From Clostridia bacterium (GTDB lineage: Bacteria > Bacillota > Clostridia > CAKSNL01 > HGM11501): DNA of 64,000 nucleotides. Shown here piece after piece: positions 20,379 through 31,514 of this stretch. Each line of letters opens with the position of its first letter. Position 1 is the stretch's first letter. The position numbers and the translations under genes are program-made. The stretch is from positions 1 through 64,000 of the forward strand of contig JAZQAZ010000041.1 of assembly GCA_045545475.1 (NCBI GenBank). Direction: 5' to 3'. A model generated the notes under the pieces. It was not told the DNA's origin. It did no database searches and saw only the letters and a list, made by a program, of their open reading frames with translations.

Positions 20379-20873
20379 TTACTTGTTCATTTCCTCAGAA
20401 AGTGCCTTGTCTTTTTCCAAAACCTTTTTGGCATCTTCGATTCTCTTTGCATCAAGCTTTGCTGCAAGTTCTTTATCCTCTACCGCAATAATCTGTGCAG
20501 CTAAAAGTGCCGCATTTCCCGCACCGTTTATCGCAACAGTTGCAACAGGGATACCCGTGGGCATCTGAACGGTGGATAAAAGTGCATCCATTCCGTCAAG
20601 ATTTGAGCTTTTGCAGGGGATTCCTATTACGGGAAGGGTTGTGTTTGCTGCAATGGCACCGGCCAAATGTGCCGCCATACCTGCCGCCGCAATGATTGCA
20701 CCAAAACCGTTAGCCCTTGCATTTACTGCAAAATCTCTTGCCTCTACAGGCGTTCTGTGAGCGGAATAAATATGTATTTCAAAGGGGATTCCAAGGGAAT
20801 CCAACATATCTGTCGCTTTTTTAACGATAGGAAGGTCTGAATCGCTTCCCATTATAATTCCAACTTTTTTCAT
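20379..20873 (-). CDS. purE: N5-CAIR mutase / AIR carboxylase catalytic subunit
   Basis: IMGSDSD, SAHRTP, AGMAAHL and QMPTGIPVATV; start moved to ATG 20873 (SD GAGGT), because the longer ORF runs into the riboswitch terminator. Confidence 0.96.
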   Translation of the reverse strand: MKKVGIIMGSDSDLPIVKKATDMLDSLGIPFEIHIYSAHRTPVEARDFAVNARANGFGAIIAAAGMAAHLAGAIAANTTLPVIGIPCKSSNLDGMDALLSTVQMPTGIPVATVAINGAGNAALLAAQIIAVEDKELAAKLDAKRIEDAKKVLEKDKALSEEMNK

Positions 20874-20904
20874 TTTTTCTACCTCATTTCCTGTGTTTTT
20901 CCTT

Positions 20905-21020
20905 AAAAAAACGCAAACTGGGCACACTATCCCCTATGGGAGAGTGTGCCCAGACGGTCGGCTCTTAAGTAATTTCTGCTCCCCGGTGGTAACCCACCCA
21001 ATCCGTCAGTTGCAGAAACC
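20905..21020 (-). ncRNA. ZMP/ZTP (pfl) riboswitch with overlapping intrinsic terminator
   Basis: Minus strand reads TTTCTGC-AACTGACGG..GGTGG-GTTA-CCACC-GGGGAGCAGAAA..linker..GCCGACCGTCTGGGCA. GACGG/CCGTC can form the pseudoknot. Terminator CTGGGCACACT..AGTGTGCCCAG-TTTGCGTTTTTTT overlaps the aptamer 3' end. Lies upstream of the pur genes and fhs. Confidence 0.93.
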
Positions 21021-21034
21021 TTTTTATACATAGC

Positions 21035-21063
21035 ATTTTAGCATAAAAAGCCATTTATGTCAA
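21035..21063 (-). promoter_or_regulatory. Sigma-A promoter of the pur operon
   Basis: TTGACA, 17 nt, TAAAAT with TG extended -10, just 5' of the riboswitch. Confidence 0.85.
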
Positions 21064-21085
21064 GACACACGCATTTTAATTTGCC

Positions 21086-22597
21086 TTATTTTACAGGCTG
21101 ACTTGCTTCCTTCTGAATAACGTCGTGTGCGCCGCCTTCAATAATACTTGTGGAGCTTACAAGTGTGAGCTTTGCCTTTTGCTGAAGTTCGGGGATTGTA
21201 AGTGCTCCGCAGTTACACATTGTGGACTTAACCTTGCTTAAGGAAAGTGCCACATTGTCCTTTAAGCTTCCTGCATAAGGAACGTAGGAGTCAACGCCCT
21301 CTTCAAAGGAAAGCTTTTTATCTCCGCCCAGGTCATATCTCTGCCAGTTTCTTGCACGGGCACTTCCTTCGCCCCAGTATTCCTTATAATATGTTCCGCC
21401 GATGCTTACTCTGTTTGAGGGGCTTTCGTCAAAACGTGCGAAATATCTTCCAAGCATTACAAAATCTGCACCCATTGCAAGAGCAAGTGTGATGTGGTGG
21501 TCATATCCGATACCGCCGTCGGAGCATACAGGAATGTATACTCCCTTTTCCTTGAAGTATTCGTCTCTCGCCTTACAAACCTCAATTAATGCTGTTGCCT
21601 GACCACGGCCGATACCCTTTGTTTCTCTTGTTATGCAGATGGAGCCGCCGCCGGTACCAACCTTGATAAAGTCAGCACCGCAGTCAGCCAAAAATCTGAA
21701 GCCGTCTGCATCAACTACGTTACCTGCACCAACTTTTACGCTGTCGCCGTATTTTGCTCTTATCCATTCGATTGTAAGCTTCTGCCATTCGGAAAAGCCT
21801 TCGGATGAGTCGATACATAAAACGTCAGCACCTGCTTCAACCAATGCGGGAACACGTTCTGCATAGTCTCTTGTGTTGATACCCGCACCAACCACATAAC
21901 GCTTTGATGCATCAAGAAGCTCATTGGGGTTCTGCTTATGTGTATCATAATCCTTACGGAATACGAAATAGCAAAGTCTTCCTTCATCGTCAATTATGGG
22001 AAGGGAATTAAGCTTATTATCCCAGATAATATCGTTTGCAACTTTTAAGGTTGTGCCTTCCTTTGCAACTATGAGTTTATCAAAGGGAGTCATAAACTCC
22101 TTAACCTTTGTGGCAGGATCCATACGGCTTACGCGGTAGTCTCTTCCGGTAACGATACCCACAAGCTTACCCTCGGGTGTTCCGTCCTCTGTAACAGCAA
22201 CGGTGGAGTGTCCTGTCTTTTCCTTTAATGCAACAACCTCGGCAAGTGTGCCTTCGGGAGAAATGTTAGAATCGCTTTTTACAAAGCCTGCCTTATGGTT
22301 TTTAGCGCGCTTTACCATTGCAGCCTCGTCTTCAATTGTCTGAGAGCCGTAGATAAAAGATACTCCGCCTTCTGTCGCAAGTGCAACAGCAAGTCTGTCA
22401 CCTGATACAGACTGCATAATTGCAGAAACCATAGGGATATTCATTGTGATTGCCGGCTCTTCCCCCTTTTTATATTTTACAAGGGGTGTTTTAAGGCTTA
22501 CATTAGCGGGAATGCAGTCGCTTCCCGAATAGCCTGGGATTAAAAGATATTCGTTAAATGTATGTGAAGGTTCGTTTATAAAAGTAGCCATTTTCAT
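21086..22597 (-). CDS. guaB: IMP dehydrogenase with CBS domains
   Basis: [30 protein letters not shown] (catalytic Cys), SDGG, YWGEGS and [10 protein letters not shown]. Confidence 0.95.
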   Translation of the reverse strand: MKMATFINEPSHTFNEYLLIPGYSGSDCIPANVSLKTPLVKYKKGEEPAITMNIPMVSAIMQSVSGDRLAVALATEGGVSFIYGSQTIEDEAAMVKRAKNHKAGFVKSDSNISPEGTLAEVVALKEKTGHSTVAVTEDGTPEGKLVGIVTGRDYRVSRMDPATKVKEFMTPFDKLIVAKEGTTLKVANDIIWDNKLNSLPIIDDEGRLCYFVFRKDYDTHKQNPNELLDASKRYVVGAGINTRDYAERVPALVEAGADVLCIDSSEGFSEWQKLTIEWIRAKYGDSVKVGAGNVVDADGFRFLADCGADFIKVGTGGGSICITRETKGIGRGQATALIEVCKARDEYFKEKGVYIPVCSDGGIGYDHHITLALAMGADFVMLGRYFARFDESPSNRVSIGGTYYKEYWGEGSARARNWQRYDLGGDKKLSFEEGVDSYVPYAGSLKDNVALSLSKVKSTMCNCGALTIPELQQKAKLTLVSSTSIIEGGAHDVIQKEASQPVK

Positions 22598-22603
22598 TCT
22601 CCT

Positions 22604-23020
22604 TTACTGTGCTTTAGTTTCGCAGTAGATACAGCGATATACGTTTTCTTCTTTGTCGGTAAGTTTGAATATGTGGTCAAGCTCCTGCTCAACGCTTGTT
22701 ATGCATCTGGGGTTTTTGCACTTAATAACATTCTTAAGGGTTTCGGGTGTTGCGATAGTTTTCTTTTCAACCAAAACGCCGCCCTTTATTATGTTAACCG
22801 TAACACCCGGGTCAACATAGCCTATAACATCAAGGTTAACGTCGATATCGGCATCAATCTTTATTATGTCCTTTTTACCGAGCTTTTTGCTTGCCACATT
22901 TTTTATGATGGCAACGGAGCAGTCAAGGTTATCAAGCTCTAAAAGCTCGAAAAGTCTCATTCCTCTGCCCGAAGTAATATGGTCAATTACAAGACCGTTA
23001 TTAATTGAATCTATATTCAT
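22604..23020 (-). CDS. pyrI: Aspartate carbamoyltransferase regulatory chain
   Basis: [16 protein letters not shown], Zn ligands CKNPRCIT and YRCIYCE. Confidence 0.93.
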   Translation of the reverse strand: MNIDSINNGLVIDHITSGRGMRLFELLELDNLDCSVAIIKNVASKKLGKKDIIKIDADIDVNLDVIGYVDPGVTVNIIKGGVLVEKKTIATPETLKNVIKCKNPRCITSVEQELDHIFKLTDKEENVYRCIYCETKAQ

Positions 23021-23937
23021 TTTTCCGCCTCCTCAAGAAGCATTAAGATAAGAGCCATTCTTATATATTTTGCATAAAGTACCTGCTTGAAATAACATGC
23101 TCTGGGATCATCATCAATTGCAACCGCAATTTCGTTTACTCTCGGAAGAGGATGGAGTATACATAAATCCTTCTTTGCATTTTTAAGCTTATCAGGGACC
23201 AAAATATAGCTGTCCTTAAGTCTTAGATAGTCTTCCTCGTTGAAGAATCTTTCCTTCTGTACTCTTGTCATATAGAGTATGTCAAGTTCTGGCATTACCT
23301 CTTCAAGATTTGTTGTCTGTACATATTCGATGCCCTTTTTCTGAAGTACATCCTTTTTAACATAGCTTGGAAGCTTAAGCTCCTCGGGCGATATAAGGAC
23401 GATTTTTATTCCCTCATATCTTGAAAGTGCATTTATTAAAGAATGTACCGTTCTTCCAAACTTTAAGTCGCCGCAAAAGCCAACGGTAAGATTATTAAGT
23501 CTTCCCTTTTCCTTACTTATTGTAAGAAGGTCTGCAAGTGTCTGCGTCGGATGATTGTGACCGCCGTCACCTGCATTTATAACGGGAATCGAAGCATTGT
23601 TTGCCGCAACAAGCGGTGCACCCTCTTTAGGATGGCGCATTGCAATAATGTCCGCATAACAGCTTATAACCTTTGCCGTATCGGCAACACTTTCACCCTT
23701 TGATGCCGATGAGCTCTGTGCCTCGGAAAAGCCGAGTACATTTCCGCCAAGCTCCATCATTGCCGCTTCAAAGCTTAATCTCGTTCTTGTCGAGGGCTCA
23801 AAAAACAGCGTAGCAAGCTTTTTGCCCTTGCACTTTTCGGAATATTTTGAAGGATTTTCTATAATGTCTTCTGCCGTAGCAATAAGTGAATCAATTTCTT
23901 CTGTCGTCAAATCCAGTATGTCGATAAGACTTCTCAA
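23017..23937 (-). CDS. pyrB: Aspartate carbamoyltransferase catalytic chain
   Basis: [28 protein letters not shown] and HPLPR. Confidence 0.97.
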   Translation of the reverse strand: MRSLIDILDLTTEEIDSLIATAEDIIENPSKYSEKCKGKKLATLFFEPSTRTRLSFEAAMMELGGNVLGFSEAQSSSASKGESVADTAKVISCYADIIAMRHPKEGAPLVAANNASIPVINAGDGGHNHPTQTLADLLTISKEKGRLNNLTVGFCGDLKFGRTVHSLINALSRYEGIKIVLISPEELKLPSYVKKDVLQKKGIEYVQTTNLEEVMPELDILYMTRVQKERFFNEEDYLRLKDSYILVPDKLKNAKKDLCILHPLPRVNEIAVAIDDDPRACYFKQVLYAKYIRMALILMLLEEAEK

Positions 23938-23973
23938 TTAAGTGCGCCTCCTTTTAATTTTATATCGCTTTAA

Positions 23974-24618
23974 TTATTTCTTTTCAATCCAGCTTTCGTC
24001 AGAGGGGTTGTCTCTGAATGCGATAAGCTTCTTGATGTCTTCTTCCTTGATATAGTTTTCTTCTGCCGCAACGTGTGCGATAACGTCAAAGTTTGTCAGG
24101 CTTACGTTCTTAACATTTGCTTCTTCAAGGCGAGCCAAGCCCTTTTTCATACCGTAAGTGAAAATGCTTACGATACCGAGAACTTCTGCACCTGCTTCAC
24201 GAAGTACGTTTACAACTTCGATAACGCTTCCGCCTGTTGAAATAAGGTCTTCAACAACTACAACCTTCTGTCCGGCCTCAAGCTTACCTTCTATCTGGTT
24301 CTGTCTTCCGTGATCCTTTGCTCCTGAACGAACATAGCCCATAGGAAGATCCATAAGGTGAGCGGTGATTGCCGCATGAGCAATACCTGCTGTGGATGTA
24401 CCCATAAGTACCTCAACATCGGGATAGTTTTCCTTTATAAGCTTTGCAAGGCCTTCTTCAACATCGCATCTTACCTTAGGAGCTGTAAGAGTCAAACGGT
24501 TGTCACAATATACAGGGCTTTTGATTCCGCTTGCCCATGTGAAGGGCTCTTCGGGGCGGAAGAAAACCGCCTTTATTGAAAGCAAATCTTTTGCAATTAA
24601 TTTTTCCATTATAGTCAA
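23974..24618 (-). CDS. pyrE: Orotate phosphoribosyltransferase
   Basis: [20 protein letters not shown] and [11 protein letters not shown]. Confidence 0.97.
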   Translation of the reverse strand: MTIMEKLIAKDLLSIKAVFFRPEEPFTWASGIKSPVYCDNRLTLTAPKVRCDVEEGLAKLIKENYPDVEVLMGTSTAGIAHAAITAHLMDLPMGYVRSGAKDHGRQNQIEGKLEAGQKVVVVEDLISTGGSVIEVVNVLREAGAEVLGIVSIFTYGMKKGLARLEEANVKNVSLTNFDVIAHVAAEENYIKEEDIKKLIAFRDNPSDESWIEKK

Positions 24619-24625
24619 TCCTTTC

Positions 24626-25324
24626 TTAATCTACAAATTCAGCAATACATCTTTCGTATGCCGCAACGGGATCTTCCGCCGCTGTTATGGGGCGGCCTAC
24701 AACGATGTAGTCGCTTCCGATTTTCTTTGCCTCGGCGGGTGTCATAACTCTCTTCTGGTCACCCACATCACCGTCAGCAAATCTAACACCGGGAGTTACT
24801 GTCAAAAACTCCTTGCCGCAACTTTCATGAACCTTTTCCGCCTCCAAGGGTGAACACACAACACCGTCAAGTCCCGCTTTTTTAGCGTTACCTGCATAGT
24901 GCATTACAACCTTGTCGATGGGTTCCTTTATAAGAAGGTCATTTTCCATTCTTTCCTGGTCGGTTGATGTAAGCTGTGTTACAGCAATAAGCAAAGGTCT
25001 TGTTCCGTCGGGACGGGTAAGTCCTTCTATTGCCGCTTCCATCATGGAAATTGTTCCTGCCGCATGAAGGTTTGTCATATCAACGTCAAGACGGGACAAA
25101 ACGTTCATGGACTTTTTAACGGTATTTGGAATATCGTGAAGCTTAAGGTCTAAAAATATCTTATGGCCTCTCTTCTTTATTTCCTTTACTATTTCAGGGC
25201 CTTCTGCATAGAAAAGCTCCATTCCTATTTTAACAAAGGGCTTTCTGCCGCTGAACTTGTCAAGAAACTCAAATGTCTGCTCCTTGCTTGAAAAATCGCA
25301 AGCAATAATTACATCCTTACCCAT
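24626..25324 (-). CDS. pyrF: Orotidine-5'-phosphate decarboxylase
   Basis: [24 protein letters not shown] and VVGRPIT. Confidence 0.97.
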   Translation of the reverse strand: MGKDVIIACDFSSKEQTFEFLDKFSGRKPFVKIGMELFYAEGPEIVKEIKKRGHKIFLDLKLHDIPNTVKKSMNVLSRLDVDMTNLHAAGTISMMEAAIEGLTRPDGTRPLLIAVTQLTSTDQERMENDLLIKEPIDKVVMHYAGNAKKAGLDGVVCSPLEAEKVHESCGKEFLTVTPGVRFADGDVGDQKRVMTPAEAKKIGSDYIVVGRPITAAEDPVAAYERCIAEFVD

Positions 25325-25325
25325 T

Positions 25326-26237
25326 TCACTCCGCCTTTCCTATTATTTCACTTAAAGAATTTATATTGTACTTATCCATAACACGGGGCAAATCCTCGAT
25401 TATGTCACGGCAGGCATAAGGATTTACAAGGTTTTCCGCACCTACCTCAACAGCCGTTGCACCCGCCAGCATCATTTCTATTACGTCTTCTGCCGATCTT
25501 ACACCGCCCATTCCGATAACGGGAATTTTCACGTTCTGTGACACCTGGTATACCATTCTTACTGCCACGGGGAAAATTGCAGGTCCTGAAAAGCCGCCCA
25601 TTTTATTGGCAATAACAAACTTTTTGGTCTTAAGGTCAATCCTTGAGCCAAGAAGTGTGTTAATTAAGCTTATTCCGTCAGCACCCGCCTCTTCGCAGGC
25701 TTTTGCAATGGATACTATATCCGTTACATTGGGAGAAAGCTTTATTATAACAGGCTTGGTTGTAACCTTTTTAACAGCTTTTACAACCTCTGCCGCACTT
25801 TCGGGGTTTGTGCCGAAGCTCATTCCGCCGCCGTGAACGTTGGGGCAGCTTATATTTACTTCAAGCCATCCAACCTGCTCACATTTGTCGATTTTTTCGC
25901 AGGTGTAAGCATATTCTTCCAAAGAAAATCCGCTTACGTTTGCCATTACCTTTTTATTAAAACATTTTGAAAGCTTGGGAAGCTCTTCATTTATTACCTT
26001 TTCAACACCGGGATTCTGAAGACCAACGGCGTTTATCATACCCTCGCTACACTCTGCAATTCTGGGTGTGGGATTTCCGAATCTTGCTTCCTTGGTTGTT
26101 CCCTTAAAGGAAAATGTTCCGAGGATATTAATATCGTAAAGCTCTGCAAATTCATAGCCGTAGCCAAAGGTTCCGCTGGCGGGAATTACGGGATTGTCAA
26201 GAGTAATTCCCAGAAGGTCTACGCTCATTTTTCCCAT
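25326..26237 (-). CDS. pyrD: Dihydroorotate dehydrogenase class 1B catalytic subunit
   Basis: [33 protein letters not shown] and GGFSGPAI. Confidence 0.96.
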   Translation of the reverse strand: MGKMSVDLLGITLDNPVIPASGTFGYGYEFAELYDINILGTFSFKGTTKEARFGNPTPRIAECSEGMINAVGLQNPGVEKVINEELPKLSKCFNKKVMANVSGFSLEEYAYTCEKIDKCEQVGWLEVNISCPNVHGGGMSFGTNPESAAEVVKAVKKVTTKPVIIKLSPNVTDIVSIAKACEEAGADGISLINTLLGSRIDLKTKKFVIANKMGGFSGPAIFPVAVRMVYQVSQNVKIPVIGMGGVRSAEDVIEMMLAGATAVEVGAENLVNPYACRDIIEDLPRVMDKYNINSLSEIIGKAE

Positions 26238-26959
26238 AATATTTCCTCCTTTTTAAGGACGGGGCCGTCCTTGCAGATTCTTTTATAGCCCGTTACGGTT
26301 TTGCAGGAGCAACCCATGCATGCACCAAAGCCACAGCCCATTCTCTCTTCAAAGGAAAACTGACCGCTTACCTCTGTCGCCTTGTAAATTGCCTTAAGCA
26401 TCGGCTCGGGACCGCAGGTGTAAAAATAAGAATAGTTAAGTTCTTTTATGGCATCTGTTACAAAGCCCTTGATTCCGTAAGAGCCGTCAACCGTTGTAAC
26501 AAAAACCTCTGCACCGAGCTCTTTAAATTCATTTTCGTAAAAAACCTCGCCCTTGTTGTTAAACCCAAGAACAACGCTTACTTTCTTGCCTTCCCCGATA
26601 AGCTTTTTGCAAAGCATGTATAAGGGCGGAACACCTACACCGCCGCCAAGGAGAAGAACATTTTCTCCCGAAGATGCTGTATCGTATCCGTTACCGAGAC
26701 CCGTTAAAACGTCAAGTTTTCCTTCTTTCATTTTCGCCATTTCCTCGGTGCCCTTACCTACCACCTTATATATAATGGTAAGTTCTTCGCCCACCGCATC
26801 GCATACGGAGATGGGACGGCGGAGAAAAAGACCGTCAAGCTTGATGTTTACAAACTGACCGGGCGCTGTAATATCAGAAATATCTCCCGAAAGAGTCATC
26901 TTCATTACGTTGTCGGTAAGATTAATATTTTCTTTTATGTCAAGTAAAACCTGTTTCAT
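26225..26959 (-). CDS. pyrK: Dihydroorotate dehydrogenase electron-transfer subunit
   Basis: LRRPISV, GGGVGVPP and [2Fe-2S] motif MGCGFGACMGC..CKDGPV. Confidence 0.95.
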   Translation of the reverse strand: MKQVLLDIKENINLTDNVMKMTLSGDISDITAPGQFVNIKLDGLFLRRPISVCDAVGEELTIIYKVVGKGTEEMAKMKEGKLDVLTGLGNGYDTASSGENVLLLGGGVGVPPLYMLCKKLIGEGKKVSVVLGFNNKGEVFYENEFKELGAEVFVTTVDGSYGIKGFVTDAIKELNYSYFYTCGPEPMLKAIYKATEVSGQFSFEERMGCGFGACMGCSCKTVTGYKRICKDGPVLKKEEILWEK

Positions 26960-26970
26960 TATTCTACCTC

Positions 26971-29900
26971 TTATGCATCAATGGTGGAGATTGTAAGAGT
27001 CGTCTCCTCCAAAACGTCAAGCAATACCTTTACTGTGTCAAGTGCGGTAAAGATTGTAACGTTATTTTCGGTTGCATAGCTTCTTATCTGATAACCGTCA
27101 TTTGCCTGGCTTGCCGCACCGATATCCTTTGTATTAATTACATAAGCGATGTGTCCCTGACGGAGAGCATCAAGTATTTCTTCGCTTCCGTCGGAAAGCT
27201 TTTTAAGCACATGGGTACGGATTCCGTTAGCCTTCAAGAAATTAGCTGTTCCTTCCGTTGCCTCAATGTTGAAGCCTAAGTTATAGAATCTTCTAATCAA
27301 GGGAAGTGCTTCTTCCTTATCCTTATCTGCGATTGTGGCAAATACGGTGCCGTAGTTCTGAAGCTTCATTCCCGATGCCTGAAGAGCCTTGTAAAGAGCA
27401 CGGTTTAACTTATCGTCATAACCGATTGCTTCACCGGTTGACTTCATTTCGGGAGAAAGATATGCATCAAGTCCTCTTATCTTATTGAAGGAGAATACGG
27501 GAACCTTTACATACCAGCGCTTCTTTTCAGCAGGATAGGTTTCAAAAATCCCTTGCTCCTTTAAGCTCTTGCCCATAATAACTTCTGTAGCAATATCGGC
27601 TAAGCTGTAGCCTGTGGACTTGGAAAGGAAGGGAACTGTTCTTGAAGAACGGGGGTTAACCTCGATAATATATACATCTTCCTTTTCATCAACGATGAAC
27701 TGGATGTTGAAAAGTCCCACGATGCCGATGCCAAGACCGAGCATTTTCGCATACTGAAGAATTGTACCCTTTACTTTATCTGAAATGCTGAATGAAGGAT
27801 ATACGCTGATGGAGTCGCCCGAGTGAACGCCTGTTCTTTCAACAAGCTCCATAATACCGGGAACGAAAACATCCTTTCCGTCGCAGATTGCGTCAACCTC
27901 AACCTCTTTACCCTGAATGTACTTATCAACAAGTACGGGCTTGTCCTCGTCAATTTCAACAGCAGTCTTTAAGTAGTGGCGAAGCTGATCTTCGTTTGCA
28001 ACTATCTGCATTGCTCTTCCGCCAAGAACAAAGCTGGGGCGAACCAGTACGGGATAGCCGATTTCCGATGCCGCCTTTATACCGTCTTCAATCTTTGTAA
28101 CAGCCTGTCCCTTGGGCTGAGGAATGTTTAATTCTCTTAAAATTCTTTCAAAGCTTTCTCTGTTCTCCGCTCTGTCAATAGCCTCACAGTCGGTACCGAT
28201 AATCTTAACGCCGTGCTTCATCAAAGGCTCAGCCAAGTTAATGGCTGTCTGACCGCCCAAGGAAGCAATTACGCCTTCGGGCTTTTCAAACTCGATGATA
28301 TTCATAACATCCTCTGTTGTGAGAGGTTCAAAGTAAAGCTTGTCAGCTGTTGTATAGTCGGTGGAAACTGTTTCGGGGTTATTGTTTATGATAATAGCTT
28401 CATAGCCCGACTTCTTTATTGTCATAACCGCATGAACGGTGGAATAGTCAAATTCTACACCCTGACCGATACGGATGGGTCCTGCACCAAGAACGATAAT
28501 CTTTTTCTTGTCTGTAAGTCGGGATGCATTTTCTCCCTCGTAGGAGGAGTAGAAATAGGGAATGTATGCACCTGTGTGGCAGGTATCCACCATTTTGAAT
28601 ACGGGGAAAATATTATTTTCCTTTCTTAATGCATATACATCCATTTCGGACATATCCCACATCTTTGCGATAAATTTATCGCTGTAGCCTATCTTCTTTG
28701 CTTCCTTAAGAGTTGCAATGTCACCCCTGTTCGTCTTTACGGTTGCTTCAAAGTCAACAATTTCCTTAACAGCAGAAAGGAAGTAGGATGTGATTTCTGT
28801 TATCTTGTGAATATTATCAACAGTCTCGCCTCTTCTGAAAAGCTCGGAAACTGCAAAGATGTTATCATCCTTGAAGGTCTTTATATATTCGGTAAGTTCA
28901 GAATCTGTCATATTGTCAAACTTGGGAAGGTAGAAATGATATGCACCTGTTTCAAGCGAACGCACAGACTTTAAGAGACATTCTTTCAAGTTACTTCCGA
29001 TACCCATAATTTCACCGGTAGCCTTCATCTGTGTACCAAGGGTGTTGGGTGCAGATGCAAACTTATCGAAGGGGAATCTGGGGAACTTCGCAATTACATA
29101 ATCAAGACTCGGGTTAAATGCCGCATTTGTATTTGCAATGGCAATTTCGGTAAGCTCCATACCAACGGCGATTTTGGCAGTAACCCTTGCAATGGGGTAT
29201 CCGCTTGCCTTGGATGCAAGTGCAGAAGAACGGGAAACTCTTGGGTTTACTTCGATTAAGTAATATTCGCTTGTCTCGGGATTAAGTGCAAACTGAACGT
29301 TACATCCGCCCTCTATCTTAAGCTCCTTAATAAGCTTAATGGCACTGTCGTTAAGCATCTTTTCGTCTTCTTTGCTTAAAGTCATTATGGGTGCAACAAC
29401 CAAAGAGTCACCTGTGTGAACACCAACAGGGTCGATATTCTCCATTCCGCAGATGGTGATTGCTCTGTCGGTGGAATCACGCATAACCTCAAACTCAATT
29501 TCCTTATAGCCCTTAACGCTCTTTTCAATCAGTACCTGATGAACGGGAGACAATTTAAAGGCATTAAGACCAACTTCAATGAGCTCTTCTTCGTTATATG
29601 CAAAGCCGCCGCCTGTTCCGCCAAGGGTAAATGCAGGACGGAGAACAACGGGATAACCGATTTTCTTTGCCGCTTCCTTCGCCTCTTCAAGGGAATATGT
29701 TATTTCAGAAGGAATTGTAGGCTCGCCTATGGACTGGCAAAGCTCCTTAAAAAGTTCTCTGTCTTCGGCTCTTTCAATACTCTCGCTGCTGGTACCGAGA
29801 AGCTCAACACCGCATTCCTTTAGGATTCCCTTCTTTTCAAGCTGCATAGCAAGATTAAGTCCTGTCTGACCTCCGATTCCGGGAACGATGGCATCAGGTC

Positions 29901-30144
29901 TTTCATATCTTAAAATCTTAGCGATATACTCAAGTGTCAAAGGCTCCATATAAACCTTGTCCGCAATTGAAGTATCCGTCATAATTGTTGCGGGATTGGA
30001 GTTACAGAGTACAACCTCGTAACCCTCTTCCTTAAGAGCTAAGCACGCCTGGGTTCCCGCATAGTCAAATTCAGCCGCCTGACCGATTACGATGGGACCC
30101 GAACCTATTATAAGTACCTTTTTAATATCAGTTCTCTTTGCCAT
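26971..30144 (-). CDS. carB: Carbamoyl-phosphate synthase large subunit
   Basis: GSGPIVIGQAAEFDY, duplicated HTGDS/HSGDS and EVNPR motifs, GQGVEFDY, C-terminal MGS domain. Confidence 0.97.
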   Translation of the reverse strand: MAKRTDIKKVLIIGSGPIVIGQAAEFDYAGTQACLALKEEGYEVVLCNSNPATIMTDTSIADKVYMEPLTLEYIAKILRYERPDAIVPGIGGQTGLNLAMQLEKKGILKECGVELLGTSSESIERAEDRELFKELCQSIGEPTIPSEITYSLEEAKEAAKKIGYPVVLRPAFTLGGTGGGFAYNEEELIEVGLNAFKLSPVHQVLIEKSVKGYKEIEFEVMRDSTDRAITICGMENIDPVGVHTGDSLVVAPIMTLSKEDEKMLNDSAIKLIKELKIEGGCNVQFALNPETSEYYLIEVNPRVSRSSALASKASGYPIARVTAKIAVGMELTEIAIANTNAAFNPSLDYVIAKFPRFPFDKFASAPNTLGTQMKATGEIMGIGSNLKECLLKSVRSLETGAYHFYLPKFDNMTDSELTEYIKTFKDDNIFAVSELFRRGETVDNIHKITEITSYFLSAVKEIVDFEATVKTNRGDIATLKEAKKIGYSDKFIAKMWDMSEMDVYALRKENNIFPVFKMVDTCHTGAYIPYFYSSYEGENASRLTDKKKIIVLGAGPIRIGQGVEFDYSTVHAVMTIKKSGYEAIIINNNPETVSTDYTTADKLYFEPLTTEDVMNIIEFEKPEGVIASLGGQTAINLAEPLMKHGVKIIGTDCEAIDRAENRESFERILRELNIPQPKGQAVTKIEDGIKAASEIGYPVLVRPSFVLGGRAMQIVANEDQLRHYLKTAVEIDEDKPVLVDKYIQGKEVEVDAICDGKDVFVPGIMELVERTGVHSGDSISVYPSFSISDKVKGTILQYAKMLGLGIGIVGLFNIQFIVDEKEDVYIIEVNPRSSRTVPFLSKSTGYSLADIATEVIMGKSLKEQGIFETYPAEKKRWYVKVPVFSFNKIRGLDAYLSPEMKSTGEAIGYDDKLNRALYKALQASGMKLQNYGTVFATIADKDKEEALPLIRRFYNLGFNIEATEGTANFLKANGIRTHVLKKLSDGSEEILDALRQGHIAYVINTKDIGAASQANDGYQIRSYATENNVTIFTALDTVKVLLDVLEETTLTISTIDA

Positions 30145-30146
30145 AA

Positions 30147-31361
30147 TCACGCCTCCGTTACATCATATACAATTTTTCCGTCACAAACTGTCATTATACA
30201 TTTTCCCGAAACAGTCCATCCTTCAAAGGGTGTTGCCTTTCCGAGAGATAAAAATTCATTGCTGTCTACTTTGTATTCGCTATTTAAATTCCATACGGTA
30301 AAATCATTTCCCGTATCTATGCCGAAACGCTTTTTAGGATTTATCGCCATAAGCTCTATAAGCTTTTCCAATGTTATAACGCCTTTTTTCACAAGGTGAG
30401 TATAAAGAACGGAAAATGCCGTTTCAAGACCTACTATTCCAAAGGAGCTTCCCGAAAGTCCTTTGCTCTTTTCTTCCGCCGAGTGAGGTGCATGGTCGGT
30501 TGCAATCATATCGATTGTGCCGTCCTTTATGCCCTCAATTAATGCAAGGCGGTCTTCCCTTCCCCGAAGGGGTGGATTCATCTTGAAGCGTCCTTCTTCC
30601 TTAAGGTCAGCATCATCCATTACAAGGTAGTGAGGGCCTGTTTCGCAAGTTACGGGAAGACCTTCTTTTTTAGCTTGCCTTATAAGTTCCACGCTTTCCT
30701 TTGCAGAAATATGGCAGACGTGATAGTCGCACCCTGTTTCCCTTACAAGGTTAATATCTCTTTCAATCTGCTTATATTCGCTTTCGGAGCATATGCCTTT
30801 GTGCCCGTGTGCTTTTGCATATTCTCCGTCATGAATGTAGCCGCCTTTAAGAAGTTCATTAACCTCACAGTGAGCTGCGATAATCTTACCTTCTGCCTTT
30901 GCAATTTCCATAGCCTTTCGCATCATGTCGTCTGACTGCACTCCACGGCCGTCATCCGAAAAGGCAATTACATTATCAGCCATGCCCTGCATGTCGGAAA
31001 GAACTTCGCCTTTTTCTCCCACCGTAATTGCACCGTAAGGATACACCCTGATTTTTGCATCTTTTTCTATTATATCTGTCTGCTTCTTAAGATTCTCCAC
31101 GCTGTCCGGCACAGGATTTAAGTTAGGCATGGTGAAGCAAGCTGTGTATCCACCCTTTGCCGCCGCCATAGTTCCTGACAAAACCGTTTCTTTATAAGAA
31201 AATCCCGGCTCACGAAAATGCACATGCACATCGCAAAAACCGGGAAAAACAACATATGAAGGAGAAATGTCACAAAGAGCCGCATGGGACAAAAACTGCA
31301 TAGCGGCACTTTTTTCTTTTTCTGTCATACCAATGTATTTCGCCATACACTTTGTTTCCAT
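30147..31361 (-). CDS. pyrC: Dihydroorotase (start uncertain, short N-terminus)
   Basis: DVHVHFREPG, MPNLNP, FSDDG, KMNPPLR and ATDHAPH. Confidence 0.94.
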   Translation of the reverse strand: METKCMAKYIGMTEKEKSAAMQFLSHAALCDISPSYVVFPGFCDVHVHFREPGFSYKETVLSGTMAAAKGGYTACFTMPNLNPVPDSVENLKKQTDIIEKDAKIRVYPYGAITVGEKGEVLSDMQGMADNVIAFSDDGRGVQSDDMMRKAMEIAKAEGKIIAAHCEVNELLKGGYIHDGEYAKAHGHKGICSESEYKQIERDINLVRETGCDYHVCHISAKESVELIRQAKKEGLPVTCETGPHYLVMDDADLKEEGRFKMNPPLRGREDRLALIEGIKDGTIDMIATDHAPHSAEEKSKGLSGSSFGIVGLETAFSVLYTHLVKKGVITLEKLIELMAINPKKRFGIDTGNDFTVWNLNSEYKVDSNEFLSLGKATPFEGWTVSGKCIMTVCDGKIVYDVTEA

Positions 31362-31384
31362 TTAGCATCCTCCTTTCAAATTAT

Positions 31385-31502
31385 AACAAAAAGTCTCACC
31401 GGATTTCGGCAAGAACAAACATACAAAAAGGCTGATGCAGATTTTTTCTGCACCTTTCAAGGTATTTTTTATCTTGCCGATATCTCTGTATCGTCTTAAA
31501 GA
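31385..31502 (-). promoter_or_regulatory. PyrR-type attenuator leader (binding loop, antiterminator, terminator)
   Basis: Minus strand TCTTTAA-GAC-GATA-CAGAGA-TATC-GGCAAGA matches the CUUUAA plus CAGAGA-loop pattern of PyrR sites. TCGGCAAGA can pair with downstream TCTTGCCGA, which otherwise forms terminator TCTTGCCG-AAATC-CGGTGAGA-CTTTTTGTT. Confidence 0.78.
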
Positions 31503-31514
31503 TTAATTTGAATA

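Noticed and set aside
22604-23020. pyrI in a Firmicute as evidence of recent horizontal transfer
   Set aside because: pyrBI occurs widely in Clostridia and the gene looks compositionally like its neighbours.
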